Shown piece after piece: positions 1-7,668 of a stretch of DNA of 64,000 bases. A program made the position numbers and the translations under genes. Under the pieces are notes generated by a model. The model had not been told where the DNA came from, did not search any database, and was given only the letters and a program-made list of their open reading frames with translations. Source of the stretch: an uncultured Acidimicrobiaceae bacterium (GTDB lineage: Bacteria > Actinomycetota > Acidimicrobiia > Acidimicrobiales > RAAP-2); the NCBI GenBank assembly GCA_963769765.1, contig CAVYNA010000004.1, positions 346,373-410,372 on the forward strand, given 5' to 3'. The first letter of the stretch is position 1. Each line of letters starts with the position of its first letter.

Positions 1-643
1 GGCCGACAGGCCGGCACCAATCGAAGGACGAGTACTCGACGCCACCGCGCACCACGGCACCGACGGTGGCGAGACCGCGTCGGCGTAGTGCGGCGAGCTC
101 GTCTGCCGCTGCCCCGCCGAGCAGCACCGGCAGGTGGAACAGCGATCCCGCAGACGCACGGATGCACTTGGAGTTGGTCGGATCCACCGTGCCCTCGCAG
201 CAGAGGACCGCGTCGGCTCCAACCGCATCCGCCGTTCTGATGATCGTCCCCGCGTTGCCCGGGTCGCGCACGTCGGCGAGGACGACGACGAGCGACGCGT
301 CGCCGAGCTCCGCGGACCCCCCGGGCGCGAACCCGACGACCGCGACGAGCGGCTGCGGCGACACGGTGTCCGCGATGCGCTCGAGCACGCCGGGCGCGAG
401 GTCGAACACCCGCGCGCCGGTGGCGAAGGCCCGGTCCACTGCAGCCCCGACGCCCGGAGACCGCCTCGCCTCCGGCGCGACGAAGACCGACTCGACCGGG
501 AGCCCCGCTCCGAGCGCGACGGACAGCAACTCGGCACCCTCCACGACCACAGCCCCCTCGGACCGTCGGGCGCTCCGTTTGCCCAGGAGCTGGCGGACCC
601 GACGAACGCGTTGGTGGCTGTACGCCAGCCCGGGCTGGTTCAG
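1..643 (-). CDS. TrmH/SpoU-family RNA methyltransferase (TsnR-like); C-terminus lies beyond the left edge
   Basis: Hand translation of the minus strand gives ...[32 protein letters not shown]...[33 protein letters not shown]...[16 protein letters not shown]..., which carries SpoU methylase motifs. It lies directly downstream of rplT as in mycobacteria. There is no ATG/GTG/TTG before the conserved N-terminus. CTG at 643-641 overlaps the rplT TGA and has AGGAAG 6 nt upstream. Confidence 0.7.
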   Translation of the reverse strand, partial: MNQPGLAYSHQRVRRVRQLLGKRSARRSEGAVVVEGAELLSVALGAGLPVESVFVAPEARRSPGVGAAVDRAFATGARVFDLAPGVLERIADTVSPQPLVAVVGFAPGGSAELGDASLVVVLADVRDPGNAGTIIRTADAVGADAVLCCEGTVDPTNSKCIRASAGSLFHLPVLLGGAAADELAALRRRGLATVGAVVRGGVEYSSFDWCRPVG

Positions 644-1026
644 GAAGTGCTTCCTGCGCTCGGCGGAGCCTCCGCGAGCGCGTCGTTCGCAACCTTGACC
701 AACGACGCGAACGCATCGGGCTCGCTCACCGCCAGATCGGCGAGGACCTTCCGGTCGACATCGACCTCGGCCCGGTGGAGCCCCGCGATGAACCGGCTGT
801 AGCTCGTCCCGTTGAGGCGGGCCGCCGCGTTGATCCGCTGGATCCAGAGCCTGCGGAAGTCACCTTTGCGCGCCCGGCGGTCGCGGTACGCGTACTGCAG
901 CGAGTGCATGACCTGTTCGTTGGCCGCACGGAACGACCGGCTCTTGTTGCCGTAGTAGCCCTGCGCCTGCTCGAGGACGGCGCGGTGGTGCTTCTTCGCG
1001 TGGACTGCGCCTTTGACTCGGGCCAT
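640..1026 (-). CDS. rplT: 50S ribosomal protein L20
   Basis: The 128-aa [73 protein letters not shown]... is a full-length L20. The infC-rpmI-rplT order is conserved. Confidence 0.97.
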   Translation of the reverse strand: MARVKGAVHAKKHHRAVLEQAQGYYGNKSRSFRAANEQVMHSLQYAYRDRRARKGDFRRLWIQRINAAARLNGTSYSRFIAGLHRAEVDVDRKVLADLAVSEPDAFASLVKVANDALAEAPPSAGSTS

Positions 1027-1146
1027 CGGGTGACTCCCTTTCGTGATGAGGCTGGTCGGTATGGACGGGGCAACGCGAGGTGGCGTACCCGTCCGAGGGG
1101 GCCGGCCGCATGGACCGGCGAAGCGTCGTGGTGCGAGCTCGGGACG

Positions 1147-1341
1147 CTAGCGCCCCAGCATGCGCTTGACCTGGCGCGCATCTCCCTGAGAGAAGTCGGT
1201 CTCGCGGGCGAGCCGCCGCTTCCGCACGCTCGACTTGTGCTCGAGCAGGTGCGAGCGGAAGGCCTTGCGGCGACGGAGGCGCCCTGAACCGGTGACCTTG
1301 ATCCGCTTCCGGGCCCCTGAGTCAGTCTTCATCTTCGGCAT
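1147..1341 (-). CDS. rpmI: 50S ribosomal protein L35
   Basis: The 64-aa [47 protein letters not shown]... is a typical L35, located between infC and rplT. Confidence 0.95.
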   Translation of the reverse strand: MPKMKTDSGARKRIKVTGSGRLRRRKAFRSHLLEHKSSVRKRRLARETDFSQGDARQVKRMLGR

Positions 1342-2029
1342 GGTCCACGTCCTTCCTCTCGTCCGCCTCGGCGGTGTCGGTGGTGTCGGCCGCCACGCTG
1401 TCCGCTCCGTCGTCCACCGGCGCTCCCTCGGGAGCAGAGCCGTTGGTGTCGGCCGGAGCCTGCACCGAACCTTTCGATGCCGCCGACTGCTTCGCCCGCT
1501 TGTCCGGTGCCAGCACCATCACCATGTTCCGGCCGTCGAGCCGAGGCACCGCCTCGGGCTTCCCCGACCCCTCCATCTGCTCGGCGATGCGGTCGAGGAT
1601 CCGCTTGCCGAGCTCGGGATGGAAGACCTCGCGGCCACGGAACATGATCGTGATCTTGACCTTGTGGCCCTCTTCGAGGAACTTGGCCACTTGCCGGGTC
1701 TTGGTCTCGAAGTCGCCGGGCCCGATCTTCGGCCGGTACTTCATCTCCTTGATCCCGACGTGGACGGTCTTGCGCCTCGACTCCTTGGCACGTTGCGCGG
1801 CGTCGAACTTGAACTTCCCGTAGTCCATGATCCGACAGACCGGCGGCGTGGCCCCTGGTGCCACCTCGACGAGATCGAGGTCGAGCTGGCGGGCGATCGT
1901 GAGTGCCTCCGGGAGCAGCTTGATTCCGAGCTGTTCTCCGTCGGGGTCGACGAGCCGGACCTCCCGGGCCCGGATGCGGTCGTTGATCCGAGGTTCGTTG
2001 GTGGTGACGGTGGCTGCTATTCGATTCAC
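1322..2029 (-). CDS. infC: translation initiation factor IF-3 with an acidic C-terminal extension
   Basis: The ORF contains ...[74 protein letters not shown]...[16 protein letters not shown]..., covering the IF-3 N and C domains. The listed GTG at 2029 abuts the AGGGAG Shine-Dalgarno. An ATA at 2020 lies 8 nt after it and is a plausible true start. The roughly 55-aa Asp/Glu/Ala-rich tail overlaps rpmI by 20 nt. Confidence 0.92.
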   Translation of the reverse strand: MNRIAATVTTNEPRINDRIRAREVRLVDPDGEQLGIKLLPEALTIARQLDLDLVEVAPGATPPVCRIMDYGKFKFDAAQRAKESRRKTVHVGIKEMKYRPKIGPGDFETKTRQVAKFLEEGHKVKITIMFRGREVFHPELGKRILDRIAEQMEGSGKPEAVPRLDGRNMVMVLAPDKRAKQSAASKGSVQAPADTNGSAPEGAPVDDGADSVAADTTDTAEADERKDVDHAEDED

Positions 2030-2042
2030 TCCCTAGTCGTCG

Positions 2043-2063
2043 GGCCACGGACTTCCCGTGGCC
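2043..2063 (-). promoter_or_regulatory. perfect 8-bp hairpin in the infC leader
   Basis: The minus-strand RNA reads GGCCACGG-GAAGU-CCGUGGCC, 13 nt upstream of the infC start region. The function is inferred only, possibly IF-3/L20 feedback or processing. Confidence 0.3.
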
Positions 2064-2198
2064 GGCGAAGAAGGAGCGGAGCCGCCGCCTCCCGAGTCGC
2101 GTGGGACGCCGGGGACGCAGACCCGACGCACACGATGGACTCGGTGGACGGGTGGGGGCTACCTCGCAGTACCCCGCTTCCTCTTCTCTCAGTTGCTT

Positions 2199-2204
2199 TA
2201 GGCT
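2199..2204 (+). promoter_or_regulatory. -10-like TAGGCT (TANNNT), 7 nt before GTG 2212; candidate leaderless promoter
   Basis: The sequence is ...gcttTAGGCTaccagtcGTG. The spacing fits the actinobacterial leaderless pattern. No convincing -35 element. Confidence 0.35.
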
Positions 2205-2211
2205 ACCAGTC

Positions 2212-2709
2212 GTGAGCTCGCTGTGGACACCCGGTGGTGAGCGTCCGGTCGGCCCGCCACCAGCAGCTGGGGGCGGTCCGCCTCCGGGCCCCGGGGCCGT
2301 CGCGCCCGACCGGCAGGGAGGCGAACCCGACGAAGCGGTGCTCGCCGCACAGCTCGAGACGATGCGGGCAGAACTCGCCGCCACGCCCGTCGAGGTGGTC
2401 GTGGCCAACCACTGCTACGGACTCTTCGAGCTCGCAGCCGTCTACCTTTCGCAGCAGCCACCCCTCCTCGAACAGGCCCGCCTCGCCATCGACGCGCTCG
2501 GGACCCTCGTCGGCGGGCTCGAGGGGCGCCTCGGCGAAGCCGAAGTCCAGCTGAAGGACGGGCTCAGTCAGCTGCGACTGGCCTTCGTGCAGATCGACGG
2601 GGCCCTCCGCGCCGGCGCAGAGGCCGCCTCCACCCTCGGGGCGAACGGAGGTGCGGCACCGACGCCTGACGAGCCCGCTGCACAGCCCGGACCCAACGCG
2701 GAGGCGTGA
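2212..2709 (+). CDS. DUF1844-like conserved protein
   Basis: ...EAVLAAQLETMRAELAATPVEVVVANHCYGLFELAAVYLSQQPPLLEQARLAIDALGTLV... is the motif I recognise from the DUF1844 family, commonly found divergent from infC in Actinomycetota. The start is set at GTG 2212. The 37 upstream codons of the listed ORF cover the infC promoter region. Confidence 0.65.
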   Translation: MSSLWTPGGERPVGPPPAAGGGPPPGPGAVAPDRQGGEPDEAVLAAQLETMRAELAATPVEVVVANHCYGLFELAAVYLSQQPPLLEQARLAIDALGTLVGGLEGRLGEAEVQLKDGLSQLRLAFVQIDGALRAGAEAASTLGANGGAAPTPDEPAAQPGPNAEA

Positions 2710-4508
2710 GCGAGCCTTCCGGCGACCGGTCGGAGCCTGCGCGGGGCCCGGTCGAACCCGCCCCCGGACCACCGGCTGACGCTGACCAGGCCCGCAGCGG
2801 GGTCGACGCCTCGAGGGTGCGCAGCTTCGTCGGACTCTCGATCGGCCTGGTCGGTCCCCGGGCGAATCTGGCGGTCTCGGGGGTCCTGATCACGCTGTTC
2901 GTCCAGCAGCGGGCGTCGGGCGCGCTGGCGGTGACGTTCGCGCTGACCGCCGATCGCCTCATCAGCTGGCTCACCTACCCGGTGGCCGGGCGCCTCTCCG
3001 ACCGCACCCGGAGCCGCGTTGGCCGGCGGACGCCGTACATGGCCGGGAGCCTCATCGTCATGGGTGCGGCCACCTGGTCGTTCACTCTCGTGCAAGGGTA
3101 CTGGTCCCTCGTCGCGCTGATCGTCGTGGCAAGCCAGGCGGCTTCGGTCTTCACGCTCACCAACGTGGCCGTGGTGCCCGAGGTGTTCGGCCGCAGCCGA
3201 TGGCTCAAGGCCCTCATCCTCACCACGGCGCTCGGCACCCTCGCCAGCCTCACCATCAAGGGGACGGTGATCGCCTCGTGGAAGCAGAGCGACCCGTCCA
3301 CGTGGAACCTGCCGTTCCAGGTTGCGGGCGGGATCATGATCGTCGTGGGGATCGCGGTCCTCCTCCTCGTCCGCGAGGCACCCGCTGCGTCCTACGGCGC
3401 CGAGGCCGACCGGCGACAGCGGGCCAGACCCGCACGGGACGAGCTCCGCGAGATCCTGTCCGGCCCCAATGCGAAGGTGCTCGTCGCCGGCTCCCTCCTC
3501 TTCTGGTCCGGCGTCGGGTCGACCGCATACGTGGCCATTCTCTTCTTCCAACGGGTCCTCCACGCGGGGGCGAGCGCCCAGACCGTCGCCGGGCTCGCGA
3601 CGGGCCTCCCGGTCTTCTTCATCGGGATCGCCCTCGGCGTCCCGCTCAGCCGTTGGCTCACGCCCAGGCAGCTCGCGATCGGCGCGCCGCTGATCGGCGC
3701 GGTCCTCGCCGGGGTCCAGGTGTTCGACACCCACCTCTGGCAGGCGGTGGTCTTGAGCTACCTCGGCGCGCCGTTCGTCGGCGCCTACATCATCGTGCTC
3801 GCCCCGTTGCTGCTCCGGCTCCTACCCCGCGCCGGCGGGCTCGGCGAGCGGATCGGCGTCCTGCTCGCTCCCTTCAACCTCTGCAGCGTCGTGCTCGCCT
3901 ACATCGCCGCCGCCGTCATCGACGCGACCGGCAACTACCGGCTCATCTGGCTCTTCCCCGCCGCCACCGGGATCGCCCATGCGGTGGTCAACTGCTGGCT
4001 GCGGTTCCCCGAGCGCTACGGATCGAGCCCCGACATGGTCAAGCGCCTCTGGGAGTGGAGCGTGGTCCAGGCCGAGTCCATGGCCGAGACGGGCATCGTG
4101 ACCGGCCTCCTCGCCGCGCCACTCCTCGGTGTCGTGACCGAGGAGGACGCCGACAGCGCGGTCGTGATCGACATGGCGCGCAACATCCTCGGCAACCCCT
4201 ACGGCGACGACCCGTCACCCGACGTGGCCGACACGGCCACCGACGGTCAGGGCGACGGCGACTCCCCGGCTCCGGCCGGGTGCCAGGAGGGCGGTGGTCC
4301 CGCTGCCGGACGCGGCAGCAGCGAGGAGAAGTCGGGCCGGGGCACATCGGCCGGGTCGGACTCCGCCCCTCCGGGCTCGACAGGCTCGACGGGAGCGACG
4401 GACTCGACGGGCTCGACGGGCTCGACGGGCGCGGAGACCGGTGGGGTGCCCGACGGCGGGGTGACGTCGTCGGGCACGGAGGACCGAGACATGGTCGATC
4501 CCCCCTGA
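2706..4508 (+). CDS. MFS transporter with a ~150-aa Gly/Ser/Thr/Asp-rich C-terminal tail
   Basis: The 600-aa ORF starts at a GTG that overlaps the DUF1844 stop (GTGA). It has about 12 hydrophobic segments and an MFS-type loop DRTRSRVGRRTPYM. The tail ...GSTGSTGATDSTGSTGSTGAETGG... is encoded by a 9-bp tandem repeat. Confidence 0.75.
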   Translation: MSEPSGDRSEPARGPVEPAPGPPADADQARSGVDASRVRSFVGLSIGLVGPRANLAVSGVLITLFVQQRASGALAVTFALTADRLISWLTYPVAGRLSDRTRSRVGRRTPYMAGSLIVMGAATWSFTLVQGYWSLVALIVVASQAASVFTLTNVAVVPEVFGRSRWLKALILTTALGTLASLTIKGTVIASWKQSDPSTWNLPFQVAGGIMIVVGIAVLLLVREAPAASYGAEADRRQRARPARDELREILSGPNAKVLVAGSLLFWSGVGSTAYVAILFFQRVLHAGASAQTVAGLATGLPVFFIGIALGVPLSRWLTPRQLAIGAPLIGAVLAGVQVFDTHLWQAVVLSYLGAPFVGAYIIVLAPLLLRLLPRAGGLGERIGVLLAPFNLCSVVLAYIAAAVIDATGNYRLIWLFPAATGIAHAVVNCWLRFPERYGSSPDMVKRLWEWSVVQAESMAETGIVTGLLAAPLLGVVTEEDADSAVVIDMARNILGNPYGDDPSPDVADTATDGQGDGDSPAPAGCQEGGGPAAGRGSSEEKSGRGTSAGSDSAPPGSTGSTGATDSTGSTGSTGAETGGVPDGGVTSSGTEDRDMVDPP

Positions 4509-4837
4509 TCCCGGTCGAGGGGCTCGCGACCTGCAGGGCCGGAGACCTCGGCGGTGGCGAGGCTCGACCCGGGTGGCACGACTCCGGGCAGCGGACGGAC
4601 CGTGCGGGCCTCGAGCCGGCCGAGCCGGCCGGCTCGCACGTCGATGGCGACCACCGTGCCCGGGGCGATCGACCGGGTGCCGTCGGTGACCGCGGTGCAC
4701 TGGAACGGGATCCTCCCGCCTGTCCCGAGCTCGACCACTCCGAGCCCGCGGTCGTCGTCGAACGAGGCCACGTGCCCGATCTGCGGGGCGCGACCGGCCG
4801 GGACCAGGTGCTCGGAGTCCGCCCATGGCGTGTGCAC
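4247..4837 (-). CDS. cold-shock/OB-fold-like domain protein with a Pro/Val/Glu-rich tail
   Basis: The 196-aa ORF starts at GTG 4837, 12 nt after the hisG stop. The segment GHVASFDDDRGLGVVELGTGGRIPFQCTAVTDGTRSIAPGTVVAIDVRAGRLGRLEARTVRPL looks like a CSD. The remainder is low complexity (PVEPVEPVESVAPVEPVEP). Confidence 0.5.
   Translation of the reverse strand: MHTPWADSEHLVPAGRAPQIGHVASFDDDRGLGVVELGTGGRIPFQCTAVTDGTRSIAPGTVVAIDVRAGRLGRLEARTVRPLPGVVPPGSSLATAEVSGPAGREPLDRDQGGSTMSRSSVPDDVTPPSGTPPVSAPVEPVEPVESVAPVEPVEPGGAESDPADVPRPDFSSLLPRPAAGPPPSWHPAGAGESPSP
4374..4427. repeat. 9-bp tandem repeat GGCTCGACG, 6 copies (2 degenerate)
   Basis: The copies read ggctcgaca ggctcgacg ggagcgacg gactcgacg ggctcgacg ggctcgacg. 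They code GST on the plus frame and PVE on the minus frame, inside the overlap of the two convergent ORFs. Confidence 0.9.
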
Positions 4838-4849
4838 CGACGACCCGCC

Positions 4850-5746
4850 TCAGTGGACGATCTTCGAGAGCTCGAGCTCGATGATGTCGCTTGCCCCGCG
4901 GTCTTTGAGCGCGGGGATGAGCACGTTGATCTCCGATTTCGGTACCACCGTCTCCACGGCGAACCCCCCACCACCGAAGAGCTCCGAGACGGTCGGTGCC
5001 CGAAGGGAGGGAAGCAGCTCGATGACCGCCTGCAGCTGGTCGGCCGCCACGTTGAGCTTCACGAGGACCTTGCCCCTGGCCTCGAGCGCTCCCTGCAGGA
5101 GGGTCAGGAGCTGGCCCATCGCGTGGCGCTTTTCCGGATCGGCCGCGGCCTTCGGATCGGCGATGAGCTCGGTGTGAGAGACGAGGAGGGTCTCGACGAT
5201 CTTGAGTCCCGCCGCGCGCAGCGCCCGCCCCGTTTCGGTGATCTCGACGACACAGTCGGCGATGTCCGGCACCTTGGCCTCCGTCGCTCCGTAGGAGAGG
5301 CTCACGTCGGCGAGGACACCGTGTCCCTCGAGGTAGCGACGGGTGAGCTCGGGGTACTCGGTCGAGACCCGCAATGCACCACGCGCGCCGGTGGCGGAGG
5401 CGGCCAGGTCGGCGACAGACGACACCGGTGAGGCGGCAGGCACCGCGAGGACGATCCGGACCGGATTGGGCGTCGCCTTCGAGTACTGCAGGATCCCGAG
5501 CGAAGTGACCTCACGCCCGCGCTCCTCGATCCAGTCGCGACCGGTGATCCCGATGTCGAAGAGGCCGTCGGCGACGTAGAGGGGGATCTCCTGTGGTCGG
5601 AGGATCCGGACCTCGCCGATGCGCAGGTCGTCGATGGTGGCGCGGTAGTCGACGTCCGACGAGCGGATCACCGTGAGATCGGCGGCGGCGAACAGCTCGA
5701 GCGTCGCCCGTTCGAGCGAGCCCTTGGGGAGCACGAGCTTCAGCAC
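4850..5746 (-). CDS. hisG: ATP phosphoribosyltransferase (long form)
   Basis: VLKLVLPKGSLERATLELFAAADLTVIRSSDVDYRATIDD...EVRILRPQEIPLYVADGLFDIGITGRDWIEE... plus a C-terminal regulatory domain. GTG 5746 lies 2 nt after the ribH stop. The Arg-rich upstream part of the listed 373-aa ORF overlaps ribH and is discarded. Confidence 0.9.
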   Translation of the reverse strand: MLKLVLPKGSLERATLELFAAADLTVIRSSDVDYRATIDDLRIGEVRILRPQEIPLYVADGLFDIGITGRDWIEERGREVTSLGILQYSKATPNPVRIVLAVPAASPVSSVADLAASATGARGALRVSTEYPELTRRYLEGHGVLADVSLSYGATEAKVPDIADCVVEITETGRALRAAGLKIVETLLVSHTELIADPKAAADPEKRHAMGQLLTLLQGALEARGKVLVKLNVAADQLQAVIELLPSLRAPTVSELFGGGGFAVETVVPKSEINVLIPALKDRGASDIIELELSKIVH

Positions 5747-5748
5747 GC

Positions 5749-6321
5749 TCAGCGCCCCCTCGAGGCGAACCCGACGCCGTGCGGCGCGACCGAGGCGATC
5801 GCGTCGACGACCGCGACGGTCTCGAGGGCGGTACGCGCCGCCTCGCGGCCCTTGTTGGCGTCGTCGTCGCCCGAGCGGGCGAGCGCCTGGTCGACGGTGT
5901 CGGTGGTGAGGACGCCGAAGACGACGGGGATCCCGGCGTCGAGCTGCACCCGCTCGAGCCCGGACGCGCACGATCCCGCGACGAAGTCGTAGTGGCCGGT
6001 CTCCCCGCGGATGACCGCGCCGAGGCAGATCACCGCATCGACGCCTGTCGCCGCCAGCTGCTGAGCGACGAGGGGGAGCTCGAAGGCACCGGGGGCCCAG
6101 GCGACCACGAGCCGGCCACGGTCCACGCCGGCCTCCTCGAACGCGTCGAGCGCGCCGCGGAGCAGCCGCTCGGTGATCCCGCCGTTGAACTCCGCGCAGG
6201 CGAGACCCACCCGCAGGGCCGCGGGTGGCTCGGCGTCCGCACCGTCGACCGACCGGCCGACGCGCGCGGCGATCCGCTCCTTGGCCCCGGGGGGGAGCCG
6301 GGTCTGATCAGAGGACGTCAT
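5749..6321 (-). CDS. ribH: 6,7-dimethyl-8-ribityllumazine synthase
   Basis: ...LRVGLACAEFNGGITERLLRGALDAFEEAGVD...VVAWAPGAFELPLVAQQLAATGVDAVICLGAVIRGETGHYDFVAG... The ATG overlaps the ribBA end by 14 nt. Confidence 0.92.
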   Translation of the reverse strand: MTSSDQTRLPPGAKERIAARVGRSVDGADAEPPAALRVGLACAEFNGGITERLLRGALDAFEEAGVDRGRLVVAWAPGAFELPLVAQQLAATGVDAVICLGAVIRGETGHYDFVAGSCASGLERVQLDAGIPVVFGVLTTDTVDQALARSGDDDANKGREAARTALETVAVVDAIASVAPHGVGFASRGR

Positions 6322-7528
6322 CGAGGCCCTCGAGGAGGTGCCCCATGCGCTCGCGTTTGGTCCGCAGGTACTCGATGTTCTCCGCTGTCGGCGTCGACTG
6401 GATGGGCACCCGCTCGACGATGTCGAGACCGAACCCCTCGAGTCCCCCGTACTTGATCGGGTTGTTCGTCATGAGCCGCATCGTCGTCACCCCGAGGTCG
6501 ACGAGGATCTGGGCGCCGATGCCGTACTCACGCGAGTCGGCCGGCAGGCCGAGCTCGAGGTTCGCGTCGACGGTGTCGAGCCCCTCTTCTTGCAGCTGAT
6601 AGGCGCGCAGCTTGTGGGCGAGGCCGATCCCCCGTCCCTCGTGCCCGCGCAGGTAGACGAGCACGCCCGAGCTGTGCTCGCTGATCGCGGCCATCGCACC
6701 GTGCAGCTGAGGCCCGCAGTCGCAGCGCAGCGACCCGAAGACGTCCCCGGTCAGGCACTCGCTGTGGACACGCACCAGCGTGTTCTCCTTGCCGGCCACC
6801 TCGCCCTTGACCAGGGCGACGTGGTGTTCACCGTCGAGGACGGACTCGTAGGCGTGGGCGGTGAACTCGCCGTACTTCGTCGGGATGGCAGCGCTTGCGA
6901 TGCGCCGGACCAGCTTGTCCTTGTGTCGGCGGTAGCGGATGAGGTCGGCGATCGAGATGAGCCGGAGCCCGTGGGTCTTTGCGAACGCCTCGAGCTCGGG
7001 GAGACGGGCCATGCCCGTCTTGTCCTCGTTCACGATTTCGCAGAGGACGCCGGCCGGGGACATCCCGGCCGCCCGGGCGAGGTCGACCGCGGCCTCGGTG
7101 TGGCCGGCGCGCTTGAGCACGCCCCCCGGCCGGTATCGCAGCGGGAAGATGTGACCGGGACGGTTGAGGTCGCCCGCTCGTGTGTGGGGGTCGACCAGGG
7201 CCTTGATCGTCGCCGACCGGTCGGCTGCGGAGATCCCGGTGGAGGTGCCGTGGCGGTAGTCGACGCTGACGGTGAAGGCGGTGCGCTGGACCTCGGTGTT
7301 CGCGCTGACCATCAGGGGGAGGTCGAGGTGCTCGACGCGTTCGGGGGTCAGTGGGACGCAGATGAGGCCGGAGGTGTGCGCGAGGAAGAAGGCGATCTTC
7401 TCGGGCGTGACGGCGTCGGCGGCCATGATGAGGTCGCCTTCGTTCTCACGGTCCTCGTCGTCGACCACCACGACGATCTCGCCGCCGGCGATCGCCTCGA
7501 TGGCTGCCTCAACTGATGAAAACGGCAT
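6308..7528 (-). CDS. ribBA: bifunctional 3,4-dihydroxy-2-butanone-4-phosphate synthase / GTP cyclohydrolase II
   Basis: MPFSSVEAAIEAIAGGEIVVVVDDEDRENEGDLIMAA...HTEAAVDLARAAG...VRVHSECLTGDVFGSLRCDCGPQL...YLRGHEGRGIGLAHKLRAYQLQ... The start is set at ATG 7528, with GAGGGAG 11 nt upstream. Confidence 0.93.
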   Translation of the reverse strand: MPFSSVEAAIEAIAGGEIVVVVDDEDRENEGDLIMAADAVTPEKIAFFLAHTSGLICVPLTPERVEHLDLPLMVSANTEVQRTAFTVSVDYRHGTSTGISAADRSATIKALVDPHTRAGDLNRPGHIFPLRYRPGGVLKRAGHTEAAVDLARAAGMSPAGVLCEIVNEDKTGMARLPELEAFAKTHGLRLISIADLIRYRRHKDKLVRRIASAAIPTKYGEFTAHAYESVLDGEHHVALVKGEVAGKENTLVRVHSECLTGDVFGSLRCDCGPQLHGAMAAISEHSSGVLVYLRGHEGRGIGLAHKLRAYQLQEEGLDTVDANLELGLPADSREYGIGAQILVDLGVTTMRLMTNNPIKYGGLEGFGLDIVERVPIQSTPTAENIEYLRTKRERMGHLLEGLDDVL

Positions 7529-7649
7529 CGACGCGTGTACTCCCTCGGTCCGGGGGCGCCGGCCGCTGCCCGTCCAGGGCGGCGAGCCGCACGTGGCGCT
7601 CCCTCCTTTACTGTCGGCTGCGAGCCGGTCCGCCTTCAGCAATTCTCCC

Positions 7650-7668
7650 GTCCGGCTCAAGGCCGGAC
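7650..7668 (-). promoter_or_regulatory. 7-bp perfect hairpin spanning the ribD stop codon
   Basis: The minus-strand RNA reads GUCCGGC-CUUGA-GCCGGAC with the UGA stop in the loop. There is no U tract. It marks the 5' edge of the 128-nt ribD-ribBA spacer. Confidence 0.3.
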
